Of a DNA stretch of 64,000 bases, positions 49,646 to 64,000 are shown piece by piece. The translations under genes were made by a program, and so were the position numbers. The stretch's first letter is position 1; each line of letters opens with the position of its first letter. The stretch comes from Macrostomum lignano (lineage: Eukaryota), in assembly GCA_002269645.1 (NCBI GenBank), contig NIVC01001079.1:248001-312000 (forward strand). The letters are read 5' to 3'. The notes beneath the pieces are model-generated. The model did not search any database. It was not told where the DNA came from and was given only the letters and a program-made list of their open reading frames with translations.

Positions 49646-51299
49646 GCAAATGAATTATCAGGTGTTTCCCCTCGCTTCTGTTTCATACACTTGGAAACTG
49701 GAATGTAGACGCGGAGACACTTTGAATGCGACTTGCACTACTGTGAAAGCCTTTCTGTTGCACAGCACTTCTGGTAACCAAAGTAATGCTGCCTTCTTGT
49801 ACTCGCGTATAATTCTCTTCCTAAGGTATGCAATTTGTCTATCTTTTCTTGCTCTATGCTTTACAGTGTATATCTCAGAAGTGTAAATAAATGCAGATTC
49901 TTAAATAGTTAAATCAGTGAGAAGCACTTCAGTATGCAATGCAGGAGAAGTACATATTGCTCAGCCAACAGGTGTCGCAGAAATCCTTATCTTTGTAACT
50001 GCAAATGGCCACCAGAACTAACAGCATGACTTTGTGTTGGCCATGCCACTTGCACATCTCCCATGCAGTCTCCCTCTGTAATAGTCGTCACACTTCTCAA
50101 AGACAAGCTGCGTGCATCCTGGCGCACTTTAAGCGACATTGTCACACAACCGGCGAGAGGCATTGCTGCCCATTCTTTCCGACTCCCCTGAGCAGGCACA
50201 CACACACAAATGGCTACTCTCACTGCTGTTGACTCAACCTTGCGGTATGAAATTTGGCATTTTTAGCAGATGAACCAAGTCACCGACACATAAGACACTG
50301 TATACAGGCAGGTAAACCAATAGCAACATGCCAGGTTTTGTACATTCTACATGTAAATTCTCAATCCCTGAGTTCGCATTGTCCAGAAGTATTAGCATCG
50401 CTATTCGTTATGGTAATTAGAAGCTCCTCAATCCATTGAGTCTGCAGTCTTCTGGAGCAGCTGATTTTGAGAAATAGAAGTTAATTAACTCGAAATCCGA
50501 GATGCTAATGCCTGCTCCTGATTGGGAATGGGGAACCCTTAGCAGAGGCCATCTCCAGGGTCTTTTAACAGCTAGGCTGTGCTGTATTATGCACATGAAT
50601 GTGCGGATGAAATGAGTAAGTTCTTAAGTGATCATAAGTGAGTTCATGCGTGACTTCATGAGTGAGTTCATGAGTGAGTTCATGAGTGAGTTCATGAGTG
50701 AGTTCATAATTGAGGTTATGAGTGAGTTCATAAGTGCGTTTGTGAATTTAGGAGCGAATTCATAAATGTGTTCTTGATTTTGTTGAAGTGGCACTTAACA
50801 CAAAATTTTAATCAATCAATCAATCCATGCGTGATTAACAAGCATCTATTAATAAGATGAGACAGAAACAAAGAAATTTGGGCCTTTGTTCCAAAAATAA
50901 ATGTCCAGCTGAAATAGAATAGCAAAGCGCAGAGCACGAAGATATGGCTAAGAGCCGCTGACTGAGTTGTCCTGCATGAAGAGCTTGCGAATAACTCTCA
51001 AGGCTAATCCCATCTAATCCCTTTGCCATTCTTCCACGAGATGGGGGGGGGCAAAGCTTTCAATACTCTTTAATCGCGACTTTGTTTCGAATTTGATCCA
51101 GCTGATCCGATGCTGCTGGGCTCGGGCAGCCCGACTGACAGGCGATATGCGGGGCTGGGTGCACCGGGGCCTGACTTCGCTTCCATCAGGATGGGAGGCG
51201 AATGTGACTCCTGAGCCGTCTGAATCGGCGTGTGATTGCGGCAGCTGCCGTCGAGAGGAATTCGCTTTGCGAGTCGGTTAAGAAACTGAGATTGTAAAA

Positions 51300-51972
<673 letters not shown>

Positions 51973-52687
51973 GTCTTTGTTTTAGTGTGTTTCTTTTTTG
52001 TCTGTATCATAAATATACAAATGTTTTTGATTAAAAAAATCAACTTAACGAGCAGAGGATTTAGCACTACTAGAAGTAGTACGAGCGAATTTAACATGAA
52101 ATACGCTCGTAGTATATCGGTTCAAAGTCACTGCTGCTTAATGACAAAAGCTTTGCAAACTTCTACGCAAAGGCAGCATTGGTGGAAGTACAAAAGCAAG
52201 AGAAATCATGTTTAATCGGTATTTATATTATGTATATTATTTATATTACTATATTCTTTTACATAAGCAAGAGATCTAACGTACATAAACTTTCTCAAAA
52301 AAATTAGAGAACTATTTCGATGCCAATAGAATCTGAAAATTTGACAGAGAAGAGTTTCCAAGATAATTTGATACAAAAAGCTGTTCAAATTGGTTCAGTA
52401 ACTTTCTATGAAAGTTTTGAATAATTTAATTTCTTAGAAACCCTATAAATTGTGGACAAATTTTGCTAGAAATTCATAGAAAATTCTTGCATGTAAGGAT
52501 TGATATAGTTTTCTACAAGTCTGAAAAAAGAAGAAAATTATCGCAAAAAATAAGATACATGCAATTAATATCGAAGCAGAACGTTGCTTTCAAGTTTCTA
52601 GTAACATTTCTTAGAAATCCTGATAGAAGGTTTCTTAGAAACGAGAAAGCGGCTTTTGGTTCAATAGAACCGCGCCGCAGGTTCCGG

Positions 52688-61884
<9,197 letters not shown>

Positions 61885-63249
61885 TTTCAGGATCGGTGTG
61901 CTTCAGAGCTTTTGGAAAATTTGACTAGCAATTTACAATTTCCAATAGATTTTTTGCTTGCTGTACTGTATATGAATGAAGCTTTGACCCAAATTAAAAA
62001 TGATAAAAGCACGCGCTTTAAAATTAGGTGGTTACACTAGATTTACACGTTAAAACAAAAATAGCAATTTTGAAAACGTATGCTGATAAACCTATGAAAA
62101 ATTTAAAAAATAATTCTGTTTTAATTTGTCAATGCAAACAAATTCAGACAGTACGTAACGATTTGAACATATGGTGCGTTCGAGTAGCTTATTACTGGCT
62201 TATGATTATTATTTTTTGATGAATAGCAATAGTATTTTACAAGCCTACAAACCTTAGAGATTTAGTATATTTGGATGTTTATGAACTGTCGATAATTTTT
62301 TTCATGCATCGCACATCGCACACAATTTTATATATCGCATCGCACAGATTTAAATTTGCTGAGTTATTTTTACGTTTTCCTAAAGATCGAAGTTTTAATG
62401 AGCATCCTTGCGGCTTCCTCAGAGGCATAGCATAAAAGGACGCAATACTCGCAAATGACGACAAAACATTTGAAGACTGATTTGTCAGTTTTTATCTTTG
62501 CATATTTTGACCCATAATCGTTTTTTTCGCTGGATGGACCAATAGATTGTCATGTCAGAATTTATTCCGCTTTATATGTTGGCTAATATGGCACTTTTAC
62601 AAGGTATGTATGAACTGCAAACATAGCATAAACTGCTTATGATACATCAATGCAGTTTTAATATATCTCATAAATTCTGATTAAAAAAGGGATCAATTAA
62701 TTTTAGGTAAGCCGTGTTACAGTTTTTATGATACACGTACACATGTAAAAAAATTACATTTCTCATGTAAACAATACGATCTATTGAGGGTACATTATTA
62801 GGTGCACTGCTATTGATAACTTCTGTATTCTTTGGTCTAAGTGCAGTGCAGCGTCATGGGCTTTGACCGATAAAATTGAAAATGTTTAATTTCTAACCTG
62901 AAGCAAGCCTTATATAGAAAAAGTAATAAAAAGGCAGCTGTGCGTGACACTACGAGCTTACACGACTTCTGCTCCATACAAAGCAAAATAGGAAGCAGCA
63001 GGAAGCTGACACGCTGCCGGAAATCAAGTTTATTGTATGCTGGAAACGCAAGCGCGATTCATCAGATGAGATGTGCGACTTGAATTGAATACAAAGGATA
63101 TTTATTTGAATAGCTGTCATGTACACAGTACATCTACCGCTGCTGTTTCTCTCTTATCTTGATATCGGCAAGAAAACAAAGTGTTTTCGCTCTCACAAAC
63201 TTGTTTTGAGTATGGGCTTCTCAGCATCTCAGAATCCAGATTTGAAGAG

Positions 63250-63642
63250 GTTTCCAGAGTCTAACTCAGGCGCTTCCAGAGTCTCACTCAGGCGCTTCCA
63301 GAGTCTCACTCAGGCGCTTCCAGCGTCTCACTCAGGCGCTTCCAGAGTCTCACTCAGGCGCTTCCAGAGTCTCACTCAGGCGCTTCCAGCGTCTCACTCA
63401 GGCGCTTCCAGAGTCTCACTCAGGCGCTTCCAGAGTCTCACTCAGGCGCTTCCAGAGTCTCACTCAGGCGCTTCCAGAGTCTCACTCAGGCGCTTCCAGA
63501 GTCTCACTCAGGCGCTTCCAGCGTCTCAATCAGGCACTTCTAGAGTCTTACTTGGGTGCTTCCGAGTCTAACTCAAGCGTCTCAGATTACAGATCAGCTT
63601 CCAGAGTCTCACTCAGGCGCTTCCAGAGTCCCACTCAGGCGC
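63250..63642. repeat. 22-bp minisatellite CCAGAGTCTCACTCAGGCGCTT
   Basis: Direct inspection. Confidence 0.95.
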
Positions 63643-64000
63643 TTACGATGTTATTTGCGCTTACAGTTTTACAAAACTGTGATTTCTCAACGCCAAAAAG
63701 TGACAGAAAAATGTAGAGCTGCAAATGTCGTTCATAAAACTAAAACAATTAGCAAGCAGTAGCAACGGGCAATTAAAGCGTCTTAAGTTCTTAAAAAAGT
63801 ACATTTTTAAGATTTCAACACCCAGTTTTCCAAGCACAGTATCCAGTCTCCCTTGAATCGTCTCCTTCGAGAGAAGAGAGATGAAATTGAGAGGCCAAAC
63901 GGCCTGAGATCAGTCTGAGCAGACAGTCTAGCCCGCCAGAGCAGTCACTCAAATCTCTTTTGCGCGAAGGTTGCATAGAAACGAAAAAAAAGTTGGAAAT

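Noticed and set aside
63119-63762. 150-aa ORF
   Set aside because: Mostly the 22-bp repeat; no domain or splice support.

Overview
Eukaryotic (animal) genomic DNA with spliceosomal GT-AG introns, GC-rich exons, AT-rich intergenic DNA and many micro/minisatellites. The style resembles a free-living flatworm such as Macrostomum; this is an inference, not a database result. Genes I could rebuild by hand with frame-consistent splicing: a 9-exon AtuA/DUF1446-family gene (-, 491-9542) with a presequence-like N-terminal extension; an intronless atonal-family bHLH gene (-, 20705-21181); a 3-exon poly-Q gene (-, 30297-32974); two head-to-head secreted PAN/Apple + C-type-lectin genes (35373-36463 -, 40406-41551 +) with a pseudogenised third paralog between them; an intronless two-TM protein (+, 48593-49645); and an ~8-exon LRRIQ3 orthologue (-, 52688-61884). 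Possible unassigned exons lie at 43428-44444 (-). Mobile DNA: a deleted mariner, a palindromic MITE, a ~5 kb long-TIR element with two nested TIR elements, and a tRNA-headed CORE-type SINE. Most long ORFs in the track are tandem-repeat artefacts. No CRISPR, rRNA or true tRNA genes were found. The best candidates for unstudied biology are the PAN-CTLD lectin cluster and the putatively mitochondrial AtuA-like protein. Neither can be called novel without database searches.
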